From positions 105,464,001-105,528,000 of the forward strand of contig NC_087437.1 in NCBI RefSeq assembly GCF_036321535.1: DNA of 64,000 nucleotides. Reading direction: 5' to 3'. This DNA comes from Camelus dromedarius (taxonomy: Eukaryota). Positions 39,406 to 53,290 of the stretch are shown piece after piece. Both the position numbers and the translations under genes were made by a program. Every line of letters starts with the position of its first letter. Within the stretch, counting starts at the first letter, position 1. The notes under the pieces are model-generated. The model was not told where the DNA came from, did not search any database, and was given only the letters and a program-made list of their open reading frames with translations.

Positions 39406-39831
39406 ATGCCATTCTTTGGAGATGTAACTTTGAGAATAATTGTTTCAGAATAAAGAAAAATAAACTTCCAGGGCCTAAGGAGAGATTTCACTTTCCTAAA
39501 TAATTGGACTCAGTGAATACAATGATTTCCACTCAAATATAAGATTTTACTAATATGGATCAAGAAAAATGAACTCAGATGTGCATCCAAAAATGGGTGT
39601 GCTTTAGTGAGTTCAATTATTGTAATCTACAAACAAGAAAACTAAAAGCTAGAAATGTTTGCTGTTACTCAAGATCTCATAGTTTATGCCTGTTAAAGCT
39701 GGAACTGAGAATGACTGAAACAAAAGTCAACTTTACCTAAATTTATCCTTGATAATATCTCTTTAATATATTAATTCGTTAAACACAGATTTATTTAAAA
39801 ACTACTAGATCAATTGTACCAGTTCTTGGTG

Positions 39832-39910
39832 TTTTTTGTTTTTGTTTACGTTTTTAACATTTTTTTTTATTGAGTTATAGTCATTTTACAATACTGTGTC
39901 AGCTTCCAGT
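39832..39910 (-). mobile_element. Very short young L1 3' tail inserted in an L2 relic
   Basis: T-rich tail plus attgagttatagtcattttacaatactgtgtc, the same family as 2281-2500. Confidence 0.75.
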
Positions 39911-40620
39911 TAAAACTAAATAAGCTAGAAACATAGTCTGTGCCATCAAGAGAGGCCAGGCATGAACCAGGTAGTTTATAAACGAATGCTTGTTAGGTGA
40001 GAGGACAGCTGTGCCCAGGGTTCTGGCGTGCACGTGGATAAAAGGGATGTTGACAAAGTTCAGTGACACGTGCAGAAAGGAGACAGCTGAGCTGAATCAT
40101 AAAGAATAGAACCCCAAATTCACTGAAGTTACTTGAAATCATCCATCAAAAAAGCGGGAATTTGTAACTAATGAAAAGCTGATTTTCTTTTCCTTTTCCG
40201 ACTCCTGATCTTATCTGCTTCTAATTTATGGTCTTAAAACTTTGGCTTTGTTTCTTTTGAGACTTGAGTAAAAGCTGGTTTTATGGCTTTAAAATTTCTG
40301 ATTAAGATTTGACATTTATACATAGTTATCACATGCTGGAGTTTTCAAGAGGGAAAAGTCATTTACGAATGAAAAGAAATGCTTTATTATTTAAAAAATA
40401 AACACATATTGAAAATGGCTATGCAGTTATTTTCTCGATCAACTGGCAAATAGTTTTAAGTAATTTTCCTTCCTGTCAATATGAGAAGTTTAAAATCACA
40501 CTGTACTATTATATAAATAATACTTAAATACAAATTAATCACAATGTCAAAAGCATCTTTTTTTTTTCCTAATGGTGAAGGTAGAAATGAGTCAATGTAT
40601 CAGAAATCCACAGCTGCTTT

Positions 40621-41158
40621 TGTAGGGGAAGAAAAAGCCTGTTTTTCCCTCTGCCCTCTGATGTTCTTTGGCTGAGGCCCTGCATAGGAGACTAATGAGA
40701 CAGATTAACATAGAAAAAACAAACAGTAGTTTATTAACATGGGCATCAGGCGTATATCCGGTTGTGGTTAGAATTTGGGCTTATATAGAATCTTTATAAA
40801 GAAAAATACATTTTTAGGGAAGTGACAAGGCAAAGAAAAAGGACTATGAGCTTCTAGGGGTGGAAAATTGTGGGAAGATATAACACTATAGGCAAACAAT
40901 TGCTAGCCAAGGGTTAGTTTAGCAAGGTTTGTTATAGACTTTGGTTATGACTCTGAGCTGGTGTTTAGAGTTGTTTCCAACGATTAACTTCTGTCCTTCC
41001 TTGTTGGGGGTCAGGGGGCAATTTTATAAATGTTATGTCCTTATTTTAGGCAAAAAAAAGGGAAGATAAAAGGCTTTTCTTATATATGATTCTTTTTAAT
41101 TGTTTTTAGCTCAAAATCATTCTTTTGCTAAAAGGATAGCACATTCTGCTATTCTCCA
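40621..41158 (-). mobile_element. MER34-like ERV1 solo LTR
   Basis: Minus strand begins tggagaatagcagaatgtgc...gattttgagctaaaaacaatt (MER34-type) and ends ...cttcccctaca. TSD CTTT/CTTG. Confidence 0.8.
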
Positions 41159-41470
41159 CTTGAAATAACATGATATTCTATCATATAACTTGGTTAGACA
41201 GTGAAAAAAAGTTTTCATGATAGACATTTTTCCAAATATAATAAGCCAAGAATAAATTAATCATATTTTTGCATATTGTATATTATCTGGCACAGTTAAC
41301 TCACTTGTTCCTAATCCTTAACTTATTTAAAAGTAAACAGTATTAATGTCAAAAGAAACTTTCAAAGGAAAGTCACAAAATATAAGGAAAGAAAGAACTT
41401 TCTCCCAGGGGATATAACTCAATTATTTATAAAACCATATCCTCAAAGTAGCTAGGACTTTTGGGAGACT

Positions 41471-41503
41471 TTCTTTTTTTTCCTTTTTTTTTTTTTTTTT
41501 TTT
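41471..41503. repeat. Poly-T tract
   Basis: ttcttttttttcc followed by about 20 T. Confidence 0.9.
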
Positions 41504-42559
41504 CGCTCTTTTTGTTTGAAATGGAGAGCTAGAAATAAAATCATGGGATTACTCCTCCTTACATCTTTCTTGGAAGTGGCAAACAATTTCTGCCCACGTT
41601 TCAGCCTTCATAAAAACTCTAGTGCTAGGGTGGTACAGGGGAGCTAAAAATATCACAAGATAGTCAAAGCTTGAGACAGAACCCTCTGATAAATGTTCTG
41701 ACATTTGTAGTCCTTATTCACCAAGTCCTGTTGTATACTCTTATTTTGAATGATGGAAATTAAGGAGACCCCAAAGATTAAAAAGTCCTCTGAGTAGCTT
41801 ATACAATTTATATAACTACAATGGATATTCTTTTGATAGTTAGGAGGGGAAGGGCTATCCAAAGCTATTCTAGTTTTAGTGAATCACATTCTAAGGAGTG
41901 CACAAAATTCTGAAAATTAACAAATCAAGTGCTAGAAATATTCTTGCACCTTAAATACAATTTGACCAAAGGGAGACTCTATTAATAATTAGTACAGAGG
42001 ATCTGAATACTTAATAAAAATATTAAATATTAAATAAATAAAAGCACTGAGATGTTACAGAGGTAAGTGGCATTTCCCAATTAGCCAAGTCCAAGGGGAT
42101 GCACAGCCTCATCATTTTATTTTAGTGTGAAGTCTACTTAGCAGGCAGTTCTTCTTACGTTAAAGATGGAGGCTTTCACATCACTGACAACCAGATGTCA
42201 TTAAATGTTATATTCCTCTAATCTGATGTCATCCTCTTGAAACAAACTTCTGATTAAATGTCTCTTAAATTGTTTGTTTCCTATAATACAGAAAAGTGTT
42301 GCTTAACCTCATGGACTTCACACTGCTCATTACAATTCAAAAGCTGATATACTGTTCAATATCAGTTTGTAAGTTTTACTAATGTGAGTCAATTCTTAAG
42401 AGACCGAACCTGTATCATTTGCACTACAGCAGTAAGCAGAGAATCAGGCTTTAAATAGTGGCAGCTATCTTTATGTCGAGCTGGACTGTTAAGCTAACTT
42501 CTGCCAGGCAAAGACTAACACTTAAACTTACAGTCTCCTTCCAAATGCATGCTGTACAC

Positions 42560-43023
42560 AGTGGACAAATTGAAAGATTTGTCTCCTTTACTGTTCTAGG
42601 TTCTTTGGTTGGTCTAATGAAATTGACATAGAAGAACAGGAGAAAAACAAATTTAATTACATACTTTCAGGAGTCCCGAAGAGATGAGACCCAAGGGCAA
42701 GTTGTGTACTCGAAGTTTATAGGCCATCCTGAGCGAGTGAATGGGACAGGGGCCTGGGGCTTCAAAGGGAAGGAAGGTAATTCCCAGGACAATAAGAACA
42801 GGTGTTTGCTAAGTAGATGCTTGCTTTGCCAGCGGGTAGATCATTCAGATAAAAGTATCTTTGGTCATAGATCTCCCTCTGAGCCAGGCCCCCCATGTAA
42901 ATTCTTTTAAGTAGTTAAGGGGGACATAAAAAAAATTCTTCATGCATATTATGAGCCTTGATAGTCTTCAGCACAAAGTAATTCACATGTCAAAGTGAGG
43001 GAGGTTTTGTTTGGACCCCTTCA
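42560..43023 (-). mobile_element. MER34-group ERV1 solo LTR
   Basis: Minus strand begins tgaaggggtcc...cactttgacatgtgaattactttgtgctgaag. Shares the aacaggagaaaaacaaatttaatt R/U5 motif with 40621-41158. Left boundary approximate. Confidence 0.75.
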
Positions 43024-43477
43024 GAAGCATTACGCAGAGTATACATTATGGCAGTTAAAAACACTCATTTCAAAAGCTTCAGCCCTTCAGCACGTTAATA
43101 CTTACAGTCCTGCACACAAATGTGCACACTTATTCATTATCCCCACATGATTGACAGGGATGTTGATTATGGAATTATTTTTTTTAATTTAAAATGCAAA
43201 TAGAAGATTATCTGACTTTACTATAAAAATTATTCTAGAATAGTGGAAGGAATTTCAGTTTGATTGAGAGATAGAATGGATTCAATTGAATGAGAAAAAT
43301 ATAAAAAGGGGTGGAAATCTGAGGCAGTTAAGTTCAACGTTCTTGGACGTTACTGTTTGCCTCAATTCTGACAAACTTAATCGTGGACTAATAGAGTGGT
43401 GGTTTCAAGAACTGAAAAGATGAGAAGATTTTATCATGCTTTCAAGCTAATAAGTTAGTTTAGCACATTTCCATACA

Positions 43478-43875
43478 TGGTAGCAGAAGACAGTAGATTT
43501 TTCTGCTCAGAAACAATGGACTTGTATTCACTGCACCACAGGAACCATGAGTTTTATGTTCAAAATGTCTTCCCTCCTCACCGAGTCCCACTAGGCTATT
43601 CAAAGCAGCTCAAATAGATTCTGCACACACAATATGCTTGCATGACTGAGGAGAAGCCCCAAGTTTAGGAAAGTTCTGTCTTTCAATTGTGGCTACTAAG
43701 AAACATGCCCAACCTTCCCTCCAGAGAAAGCTATGAAAGACATTTACTGTTATTATTATTCTGGAAAGAAATAAAAAATCTGTTCTTTGTCTTGGAAAGA
43801 AATAACCTTTCCATCCTTTAGGGCTGTTTGCTATGCAAACATCCTTGAACATATGTAGCAAAATAAATGTTCAAA
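43478..43875. mobile_element. Probable ancient LTR remnant
   Basis: LTR-like composition and motif agggctgtttgctatgcaaacatccttgaa. Family and termini not resolved. Confidence 0.4.
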
Positions 43876-45199
43876 AATATCAATGAATCTCTTCAGAAGA
43901 GAGGCTTACTGAGATTTGTCTCTCAAACCACAAGCGATGCTCACTGACCTTCATTATAGTGAGGATATCTTATGTCTGATCACGCCTCTATCTTGCAGGG
44001 GTCTTTGACCTTGATCCATCCATTTCCCTCAAAAATACATAAGAATATCATTAAAAGGTGGGATTTTTTTGCATTGCCCTTATTTTAGTAAACTAAAATG
44101 CAGTGGTGTTTTTTTCTTATGATCTGTCACTCTCACTTCTGTTTTTTCTCCCAATCTCCTATTTTCTTTATTTCAAATACCATCATTTTAGAGTCAGACA
44201 TCAGGGTTGCTCTGATTTAAAATCCAAGCTCTTAAATGCCAGTGCCTGTAAAATTTACTTTGAAAGATCTAGATCAATAAAAATATGTCAGTGTTCATTA
44301 AATTCAGCCTGATGATGGTAAATTTCTAAGCATAATTTTCCATAATAATCTAAGCTCTTGACTAGCAGGAAGGCTAATGTACTGTATTTGACTTTTGATG
44401 TCAATTTGAATTTGACATTGTTGTGTGTTATAATTAGAATAGTGTAAGTTTAAGCTATTATCCTTTCAATTTAGTAAGAACAGTAGAGCAATCTTATAAT
44501 GTTAAATTAGGTACCTCATGGTACAAGGAAAGATCTTTGTTTCCCTATAGATTTTAGGAGACCCGCTGGATGAGAGCTCTGCGCAAGAGGGAATGTTTGT
44601 AATACTGATCACTGCCTGTCAGGAAACGACTTCAAAATGAGTAACGGACAGCTATTAAAAAAAAAAGTCTTTATGTTACAACTGTCAAAAATAAAGAACT
44701 TTATAGTGAATTCAATGCTTTTCATAAATCTATTTCAAATGTCAGTATTTTAGGAAAATTTTATTGAGAAGAGTAAGTCTCCCAAATAGTTTAGAAAGCT
44801 GAGAGAGCCTATTGCATTAAGATCATCTAATGGAAATATCTCTTGCCCTTTTTTGGACTTGAGTAATTAATTATAAAGTAGACTATAGTTTAAAATTATA
44901 GTAGCCCATAGACATTTTGTAATAGACGTGGAAATCATAACAATCAAATCTTGGAAACACCCTATAACCAATGATTTCCATTATTCCATGTCTCTAATGC
45001 ACTAGATTATACTGGCTAGCTTTGTATCCACCTAGTTTCTTCATAACTATATATGAAACCTATATTTTATTTGTCCTTCTATGCAAAAGTAGCATACAAT
45101 GCTCCAAGTTCAGGATGCTTGATAAAACGCTGGAAACAGTTCCTTAGTCCATAGGGAGTACACGTATATACGTGCTTGTGTATAAATTAAATGTGTATG

Positions 45200-45480
45200 T
45201 ATGTCTTATATGTGTATAAAATCTTTAGCATATTATTCAATTATATAGAAGTCTCTATTTTATATAATCATTCTATAAGTGGCCTACATATAGGTTGTTT
45301 GTATTTTTTCACTATTGTAAGCAATGCTGTTATGAACATACTTGTACATTTATCACTGTTCGTGTGTAAGTTGCCTCTAGGACAAATTACTGCAAATGGG
45401 TTTGGCATTTCAAAGTGTATCTGTGATTTTATGTATCTGTGATTTTTTTACATTGCCAAATTGCCCTCCATATGGTCAGT
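45200..45480 (-). mobile_element. L1ME-type 3' fragment
   Basis: taggttgtttgtatttttcactattgtaagcaatgctgttatgaacatacttgtaca; ttgccaaattgccctcca. Confidence 0.75.
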
Positions 45481-45789
45481 TTCTGTAATATGTACGTGTG
45501 TGTAGCATTTGTGTGTGCGTCTGTGCACGCACATGTGTATGTATGGGTCTATTTCCCTTTGGAACACCTGTAAGTTGGGGTTCAGAATGTTCCTATTGGT
45601 TGTGTACAGTTTCATGACCATTATATATCCATTGTAAATTTCCCCCAAAATACTGCATTAAGTTCCTATCTTTGCCTTATTGAAAAAAAAATGATGACAG
45701 AATTCTACTTTGCCTGGGGTCAATGGATAGACATTGTTATTTCTTTTCATTGGAGGTTTTCAAGTACATCTTTGCCATTGTTTTTTCCT

Positions 45790-47160
45790 CAGGCCCTCTG
45801 AATCAATATTTTTTAAGTGTCATTATATTCAACACGTGATTGAGTTAGATTTTTTAATTTAATCTGAAAATTTTTTTAATTTAGTGGATGTTAAGACATA
45901 TTCATACAGATGAGAGTTAGATTTGTGCCCTGTCGTTAGGAGCTACAGTTTTTGTTCATAAATCCATCATCACATGTCTTTTGATACTCTGTTTTTCACT
46001 TGATTGTTTGTCATTGTGTATACACAGAATTTCAGATACACTAGAAAGTTTAAAATTTGCTCTAAAAGTTACATGGATAATTATAATTTCCACAATGCCA
46101 TTAGTCAAATTTAATCTGTAAGATGTTTCTTATGCTTTATATATATTATAATGAATTAGTATAATGAATTACATTTTTTTATTTGTTTCCTTTTCTTATT
46201 CTCACTGTTCACCACTATCTGATTTTAAGGATTACTATCTTTATATATTAATAAATATGTAGTAACTATAGCATCACTTAATTTTTCAGCTTTAAACAAT
46301 GTTCTCTTACTTCCTAGTGTCTCAGATAAAGCAAGAAATTATTTAATGCTTTCTTTTCTCCTTCCCCACGGACATTTGCAGGTATGATAATCTTACATTT
46401 CAGGGTATATACTTGTAATGGACTGAATATTTATGTCCCTCAAAAATTTGTATGTTGAAATCCTAAACCCAAGATGGTAGTATTAGGAGGTGATTAGCTC
46501 ATGAGGGTGATAGCCTCATTATGGGATTTTGCCCTTATAAAAGAGACCCCAGGGAACTCTGGCCTCTTCTTCCATTGATGCTACAGCAAAAAGATAGCCA
46601 TCTAGGAAGCGGACTCTCATCAGAAACTGAATGTGCTAGTGCCATGATGTTGGATTTCGTAGCCTCCAGAATCATGAGACATAAATATTTGCTTTTTATA
46701 TCATCCAGCATTTTATCTGTAGATTGTATTTTTAATTCTGCAGGGGGGGGGGTGTGTGTGTGCTTGTGTGTGTGTATTTCATACTCACAACCAGTATATT
46801 TCCCTTTGTGCCCTGACACTTTGCATGTCTGATTTATAACCACAGAAATTTCTAAAAAATATCTTCTGATTTCTTACACTTTCAAATCAGTTTTTCTCTA
46901 CGATTTATACTTGAAGGACAGTTTACTTTAATATAAAATTCTTGATTTCTGCTTTCTCTCCTTGGATATATTTCATGGAAATGTGCCTGAAGAAATATGT
47001 GACTTCATTTATTTTATTTCAGGGGAGTTGTCATAAACAATAATTTCAAGTGACTGTTTTATCCCATTTTATGCTGTATTTGCTCCATCTGGGACTCTGT
47101 TTATGTTGGATCTTTTTTTTCTTATCTCAGTATGTGTTATCTGGTCTCTCATCTTTCTGT
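45790..47160 (-). mobile_element. Very old L1 ORF1/ORF2 5' region fragments, interrupted by MLT1A
   Basis: atacttgaaggacagtttactttaatataaaattcttgatt and similar antisense L1 motifs. Highly diverged. Confidence 0.5.
46414..46712 (+). mobile_element. MaLR LTR (MLT1A-like), 3'-truncated
   Basis: tgtaatggactgaatatttatgtccc...tatgttgaaatcctaa...cccttataaaagagacccc...agcctccagaa. Confidence 0.88.
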
Positions 47161-47194
47161 TTTAAAAGAAATTATTTTATTTGTTAGTAATAAA

Positions 47195-47275
47195 CTGAAT
47201 ATTTCAGCAATTGAAAATGTCTACTTTTTTCTTAAGCTCTGAAAAGTTCAGTAATTAAAAATGTCTACTTTTTTC
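47195..47275. repeat. Local tandem duplication with a 44-bp period
   Basis: ctgaatatttcagcaattgaaaatgtctacttttttc (47195-47231) versus ctgaaaagttcagtaattaaaaatgtctacttttttc (47239-47275). Confidence 0.85.
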
Positions 47276-47334
47276 CAGTAGATTTATTATCTCTCACTCG
47301 AATTCTTGAATTTCTATTGCTGTGTTCTTACACA

Positions 47335-47640
47335 GATGTAATTTTATACATGCATATGTATACATATGTGTAATGTATAGCATAAGTACATATAGATGTG
47401 TGTGAACAGGTACACACATATGGATCTGTGTATACATGCATACACACACATATTTACAACTACATACAGTTATCATACTGATGCTAACAGTATGTATCTA
47501 TGTATGTATGTGCATGTGTATCTGTATAGATATACATATGCATTTAGAGCTTTATTTTAGATCCACTGACAATTTATTTGTGTGTGTACAGCTTATATAC
47601 CTGAAATGTGTATATATGTGTACAAACACACACACTCATT
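47335..47640. repeat. Low-complexity alternating purine-pyrimidine (TA/TG/CA) region
   Basis: atacatgcatatgtatacatatgtg...tacacacacatat...tatgtatgtgcatgtgta...acacacacac. Confidence 0.75.
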
Positions 47641-49680
47641 CAGGTTTGAATGACTGTTTCATTTCATCTGATACATGATAGAAATATTCTGTGAGTATAT
47701 CTTGCCCTCCTTTTTTTTCTTAAAGCAACTTTGTGTCAACACAGTTCAAGTTCTCCTAGAATTATTCATTGGCGATTGAGTTGAAATTTGCCAGACCAGC
47801 GAAATGTGGAAGAATTCTTGGCAGTCAGGAGTCATGGTGGCCCTCCAGTCTTCACATGCTAAAAACTCTCTTGCTCCCTGTTGCACAAAGACTATTTCCT
47901 GTAAAACAGCCTGTTTATGAGAGTCACTGTGTAGCTTTTTCTCGGCTTTTTGGAACTGAACCAAATGAGCTTTGACTGTATTAGCAGTGGACAAATTAAA
48001 ATAAAAAAAAGAGAGATGACCCAAATTTGAAACAGGGCTTTAACTTCTTGTTTTGTTTTATGGAGACTCTTTTTAAATTAAGCATCACTTAACATACAGT
48101 AACCATCTCAACGTTTAGAATTTTGCATTTTTTGAGGGAACTTCCTTCAAAAGTGATATGTCAGCACTTCTCTAGAAATCTGAATATGTAAATGGAAAAC
48201 CAAACATTATCTACCACTGGAGTCCCTGATATTATTTTAAAATGAATTACCAGCCCGACTGTTTCCAATAATTATGAAAGAATCAAGTGACTTCTGTTTC
48301 CTTTGGCAATTGTATTGCATTCTGTGTAATCTTCAAAATACCAATAGAAATGCTTCCCTTTTCTTGGTAAGTAGATAAGAAAGGCACCAAATTGAAAATA
48401 AAATATGATCAATTTTCCTTTTACTCTACTTTTTCCACTAGATTCTTCGGTTAAGTCAAAACAAACAAATAGATGCTTTATTAACAATTTTATGAGTGCT
48501 TTTGTAAAATCTGGTAGAAAATTGGCAACAAATCAAAGGAAATGGACAAATAATGAGACAAGCAGATGCAAGCCACAATAAAAGCAATCAACATTGATTC
48601 TATTTTTGCATGATAGTCCTTGGTGGCTTGTCTGTAGTTTCTGATGATTAGTGCCTCAGGAAAACAATTTAGAGAAATCAGTGTTCCATTTATTTTCTGT
48701 ATCTCTTCAGTGGCTGGAGAGATTGCTAAATCTGTGAGTGACAATGAGACAAGTCTGCATATATTACTAACGTGTAAATTCTCATATTTTATTTAACTAT
48801 TTTCAAATTTAGTACTGGGTGAAAGCTCCTACAATAAACTTATTGTATTGGAAAGATATAAACAAAATCTATATCATATAAAGAAATTATTAAGAAATAA
48901 TTTAGTGAATCATATAGGTCAAATTAGTATTTATTGTTACAAAGTTATGTATACTATAAAATGTATGTATAATACATAATAAGTTTCCTTATTGTATCAC
49001 GTTTTATTTATTAATCTATTATAAATCTGTTTTACTCAATTTATTACTGGAGACATTTAAATGTCCTTATCTATCTGCATTTGCAATTAAAAATTGACTA
49101 TGAAGGCACAGCCTTTAGACATAACTGAACTATTCCATGTTTAAGTTACTAATTTCCCTTTTTTTTTCTTTTCCATTATAGTGGCTCCTGTTGTATTGTG
49201 GTGAGTCTCAGACACATGCTCTTCAAAAGAAACATATAAATTAACTATTGATGCTCAGAGTTGTATAGTATAATATTTCATGGGCTTACACAAATAATAA
49301 TATCAAGTATTTCCTTGCTGGGAGTCTCTGCTGATGAAAATTCTTATCTTCTCACCCTAGAGCAAAAATAGACAAGTAATTTTAATGTTGATTATCTGAT
49401 TACATAGTTTACTTTTTTATCTTCAAGGAACAAGTGGCCAAGGACTGCAAAATCATTTTTGACAGAGCACAGTTTTCCTTAGAGGAATCAGCTTTCTCTG
49501 ATTTAGACAAACCTCAATGCCCCTTAGAAATATGGCAATATCCATTTTAAAATTATTATAATATTTTATGAATGAGAGAAAATGGATATTTTTTATTTAG
49601 CAGCTGATTATTTTTCCTACTATAAATTCAAAAATTACTTTTAATAACACAAAACGGTTTTATTAAAATCTTGAAATTGA

Positions 49681-49909
49681 TGTCTAGTCCATTTGGGCTG
49701 CTATAGCAGCATACTGTGGTCTGTGTGGCTTATAAACAACAGAAACATATTTGTCATAATTCTGGAGGCTGGGAAGTCCAAGATCCAAGAGCAGGCAGAC
49801 CCAGTGTTTGGTGGGGGCCCTCTTCCTTATTCATGGATGGACATCTTTTTTGTTGTGCCCTCACATTGGCAGAAAAAGCAAGGGAGCTCTCTCAGGTCTC
49901 TTTTATAAA
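49681..49909 (-). mobile_element. MaLR LTR (MLT1A-like), partial
   Basis: tgtctagtccatttgggctgctatag...ttctggaggctgggaagtccaagatc...gtctcttttataa. Confidence 0.88.
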
Positions 49910-52329
49910 TAATTGATCTAATGTTTGCCATCCCAAATTCTCTATCAGTAATTAATTTGATTTACCAGAGTAACAGTATGGAATTCTTGAAAACAGTCCA
50001 TTAATTACCTCACCTATCTTGTACACTTTGTTGTATATTAAAAGTCACTAAAGTCTTTGTGACAGTTGACAATGGATATATACACAGTTGCCACCATTTA
50101 CATATCTTGCTAATTGATGTAATAAATAACAGAAGACTCTCCATGGGGTTGAGGCAGAGACAGAAATGAGTTCGAAGGCAAAATAGATTAAAGGAATGAC
50201 ACGTTTCAAGGCAAATGCCATTGGAATATCTCCAAGACCTAGAGATTGATGAAATTCAAGGACTTATATTTATGGCTATTGTGGTATCTTGCCTACCTAT
50301 TTCTCTTCATATGGAATTCAAATTATTTTCAAAGACCAGCTCAGGTCAAATCATTTCAGAGTCTTTCTTAATACTATTTGGGAAGTTTACTGTATGATTT
50401 TAAGACATTGTACTAAACATTGTGGGAGTTTGAACAAATATAGGGTGCATTATTGATCTTCAGTTTTGGGAAATTTCCAAACTAGTTTGGTATATTATAG
50501 ATCACATATTACACAAAACATGGTAAGTTGAATATGTAATAAATAAATGTGTTAAATGTTTATAATTAGTCAGGCTTTATCTTAACTACTTCACATCTAT
50601 AAACATATTGAAAATGGCCTACATAAGGGAATACAGTTATTGAATCGTAAAGCCAGGGTACAAACTACATGAACAGTTGAGTCTGATGTTTTAAACCCGA
50701 TGCCAGTTTAAAATACTCTAAAAAAGGCATTATAGTGGGAATACTTAAGGCAAAGTTATTTTGTATTGATTATTAGCCTTGTGAATGGACAAGCAGATGG
50801 AAAATAAGATGAGAATGATGTATTGAAATCTTTTTTACAGCTATTAAAGCCATGGTAAAGAATTCTGGTTTGAATCTGCAGTCAGTAGCATAAATCTTTC
50901 GGGTGAAAACAAAAATAAACGATGGCTTATTAGTATAGATTGGTATTTACTCTGGAATCAGTTATTTACACATTTTCTCATAAACAAATTGTGTGCTGGA
51001 TGCCTGTCATATGTCAGGCATTAGGGTGGACTATAAAATGAAAGCAAACTAACAAAGCTCACCAGAATGTACGGAATACTAAGTATAAGTAATTCTGAAA
51101 AACATTTGGGCTTCCAGCAGAGGCAACAAGTAAACAGGCACATGACTGAATCATCCAAGGGTAACTTCACATCTGCATTCCTATTCTGATACAAGCATGA
51201 GATGATAGCTGGATCAGAGAACAGCTGTCTTACTACTCATAGCAAACGCGTACCACGGTGGCATCTTGTTTGGTTTCCTGTGCCCAAACTCCTCATAGGG
51301 CAAACAATGAGAGTGAGGTGTTCATCTGGGCATACAGTGGAGTTTGACCACAGGGAGGAAACCTGGTCAGCTGGCACATTCTCCTCACCTCTAAAGAAAG
51401 AAAGAGAAAGAACTGTAAGCAAATCCTCTCTGTTGAGGTGAGTGGAAGCTCGCTTGGTTGCATTAATTAAAATGTAAACAAATGTCTCCAGAAGAGAGAA
51501 GAAAGGCATCTAAAAGTTCATTACCCTTAGAATGCACTGCCCAGCAGCTAGTAAGTGTCTGGAGAATAACTTGAGGTCCCAGAAGAAGGACTCAAAAGGC
51601 TAGAGAAGTCCTGAACAGGTGTTCTGAGAACAGGAAACTTCAGTTAATGTCAAGAGGGGACAGACAGATCGTGCGATTATATTCAACAGAGCCATGAAGA
51701 GAGGCTGGAAATTCTTTCTGATTTTGCCATCTTCATTATTTCTTAATTTTAGCTACATCAACAACTTGACCAGAGATTAATACGTGAGCAGAAGAAAATG
51801 GTTCCTTACATGTTGGATCTAAGTATACCTGCAAAAAAAAAAAAAAATATAGCAAATTATTATTTGTCAGGGCAGATTACGCACAATTCATGGAAAACAA
51901 AACAATTGTTTAAAGAAGTAGACAGTCTCTTATGCCCTGAAGCTAAAATTAAAAATTTAATGATATTTTTAAGAGATGAATTTGTTTTAAAAGGGCAATT
52001 AATGTTGTAACCCATGTTATGAGCTTGGAAAAAATAAAAACAATACATACCACAAACACAGACCAAAAATATGAACATAAAAATCATGAGGCAAATTACC
52101 ACAGTCTTTCAGACATCCAAGAGAAATAACGTCAAAAAAAGTAGGATCTTCTCAAGAAGAAAGAAAGAAGATATTTAGAAGAAGAAAAAAATAAATAAAA
52201 AATTTCGAGCTGAGAGAATGTCTGAGTTTGCAAATCAAATAAATTTATCCAAGATTCAGTCTGAACTGATAAACAGAGACACAGAAGTGTGCATATCCTG
52301 ATATTTGAGCACAAAATTAAAAAAAAGTA

Positions 52330-53290
52330 ATATATGACAACTTTAAGATAGAGAGAAAACTGAGAAAAGATAGAAAATGGATTGTTTTAAAGATAAATTT
52401 TACCAGATATTTAATTTCTAGAAACTTAAAAATTATTTAAAATGCCACAGGGAATAAATCAAGAAGAAACAGCTTCAACTAATTTTGTAAAACTAGTTTA
52501 ACATTTTGATTAAAATCAGTCAAGGATTATGTGAAAATATAAAATTATAGGTCACTATCATTTAAGATCAGTTATGCAAAAATTCGATTTCAAATGGTTA
52601 AAAATGAAAATAGGTTATGATCAGATTGGGAATTTTAGGAAGAACATGTTAATACAACATTACAAAATTATTTAACAATGAATATGGTAAACACAGAGGA
52701 TAAAGCCATATGGTTGTCTTCATAAATGCAAATAGCAATCTGTAAAATCCAACATCTATTTATGACTTTAAAAGTATAAAGTAAATTCTTTTTGATTCAG
52801 TAATTAAAGTTACGTCCCTAAATCTTATATAAGGCATCTACAAAAACCAACAGTAAAAATACTGAATAATGAAATATTGAATCCATTGCTGTCATAATCA
52901 GGCACAAGGCAAGAATGAATGTTACCATCAATTCTATTCAAAATTCTTCTGTAATAATTTTGTGTTATTGCAGTAATAGCAGAAAACAATATCTAAATTT
53001 CAAACTTAGACAATTGAGTAAAATGTGATTTAGGGACACAATGATTTGGGACACCATGTGAGCTGTAATGAAATAAAATAGTGTGATTAGCAGTCAATGT
53101 GATAGGTGACCTGTGAGAAAGGGAAGAAGGGAGAGAGGATGGTACAATCAGGAATCAAGATAGGTATTTTAGAGACATAACATCATTCTGTTTCTTAACT
53201 TGGATGCTGAATACTCAAGTATTCATTGTATCGTTGTTTAAACTGCACATAGAAATTATCTATATATTTGTATGAATAAAATATTCCACA
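52330..53290 (+). mobile_element. Old L1M ORF2 (RT region) plus a 3' UTR fragment
   Basis: aaaatccaacatctatttatga; catctacaaaaaccaacagtaaa; atcaggcacaaggcaagaatg; ttctgtttcttaacttggatg. Confidence 0.75.

Noticed and set aside
29871..47275. Short repeat-spacer-repeat units as a CRISPR-like array
   Set aside because: Only two copies each (29871-29930; 47195-47275), in mammalian DNA, with no cas genes.
51202..51443. 79-aa ORF ending at a GAG|GTGAGT donor-like site
   Set aside because: No recognisable protein similarity, no clear acceptor or promoter, and the length is compatible with chance.
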